Positions 62,996-64,000 of a DNA stretch of 64,000 nucleotides are shown piece after piece. The notes below the pieces were generated by a model. The model saw only the letters and a program-made list of their open reading frames with translations. It made no database searches and was not told the DNA's origin. Source of the stretch: Malacoraja senta (taxonomy: Eukaryota). The stretch is from the NCBI GenBank assembly GCA_038087875.1, contig CM075991.1, forward strand, positions 8,186,001-8,250,000, given 5' to 3'. Within the stretch, counting starts at the first letter, position 1, and each line of letters starts with the position of its first letter. A program made the translations under genes and the position numbers.

Positions 62996-63316
62996 CTGCA
63001 AAATAGCGAGAGGGAGGAGAGAAAGGAAATGCTACATTGGGAGCCTGTCAGCTTGGCGGTGAGGTTGACCAGATGGTCGCTGCTGGATCCAACAAGTCTC
63101 CAGTCTATTAGTTTCTTTCCTCTCTTTACCCCCCTCTTTCTCTCTCTCACTCTCTCCCTAAAAGGGGGCAATGGGCAGAGCAGACCGGCCGCTGTTGGGG
63201 GTGTCACAGCAGAAGCTTTTCCTCCAACACTCGCTCTCCTTTAGAGCAACTTGTTCCATTCCCCGCGCAGCCTCTGATCCAGCCCAGATATTGCCCGCCC
63301 CGTCACAGGCGGCGTA

Positions 63317-64000
<684 letters not shown>

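Overview
Repeat-dense vertebrate genomic DNA, very probably a cartilaginous fish (skate/ray): HE1-type tRNA/V-domain SINEs and CR1 (HER1-type) LINE tails are abundant. A 200-N scaffold gap lies at 29791-29990. Nearly all ORFs in the track are repeat or microsatellite artefacts. Two real genes lie on the minus strand. (1) The 5' end of a CPEB2/3/4-subfamily gene closest to CPEB3: a putative non-coding exon at ~10734-10880 and a first coding exon at 8894-9605 that needs four single-base insertions to read through. (2) The last two coding exons and 3' UTR of a MARCHF5-like E3 ligase (28140-28306, 22713-22871); I could not find its upstream exons. Both proteins are divergent and the genes lie in tandem, whereas I recall human CPEB3/MARCHF5 being head-to-head, so this may be a separate ohnologous copy of the pair. 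Mobile DNA also includes a 5'-truncated Rex1/Babar LINE, Harbinger and hAT MITEs with target-site duplications (TSDs), a bipartite RTE-derived retroposon, and GC-rich non-tRNA retroposons sharing a hairpin module. A very abundant Penelope-derived repeat carries minimal hammerhead-ribozyme cores and forms long foldback palindromes. All homology calls are from recall of known sequences; no searches were run.
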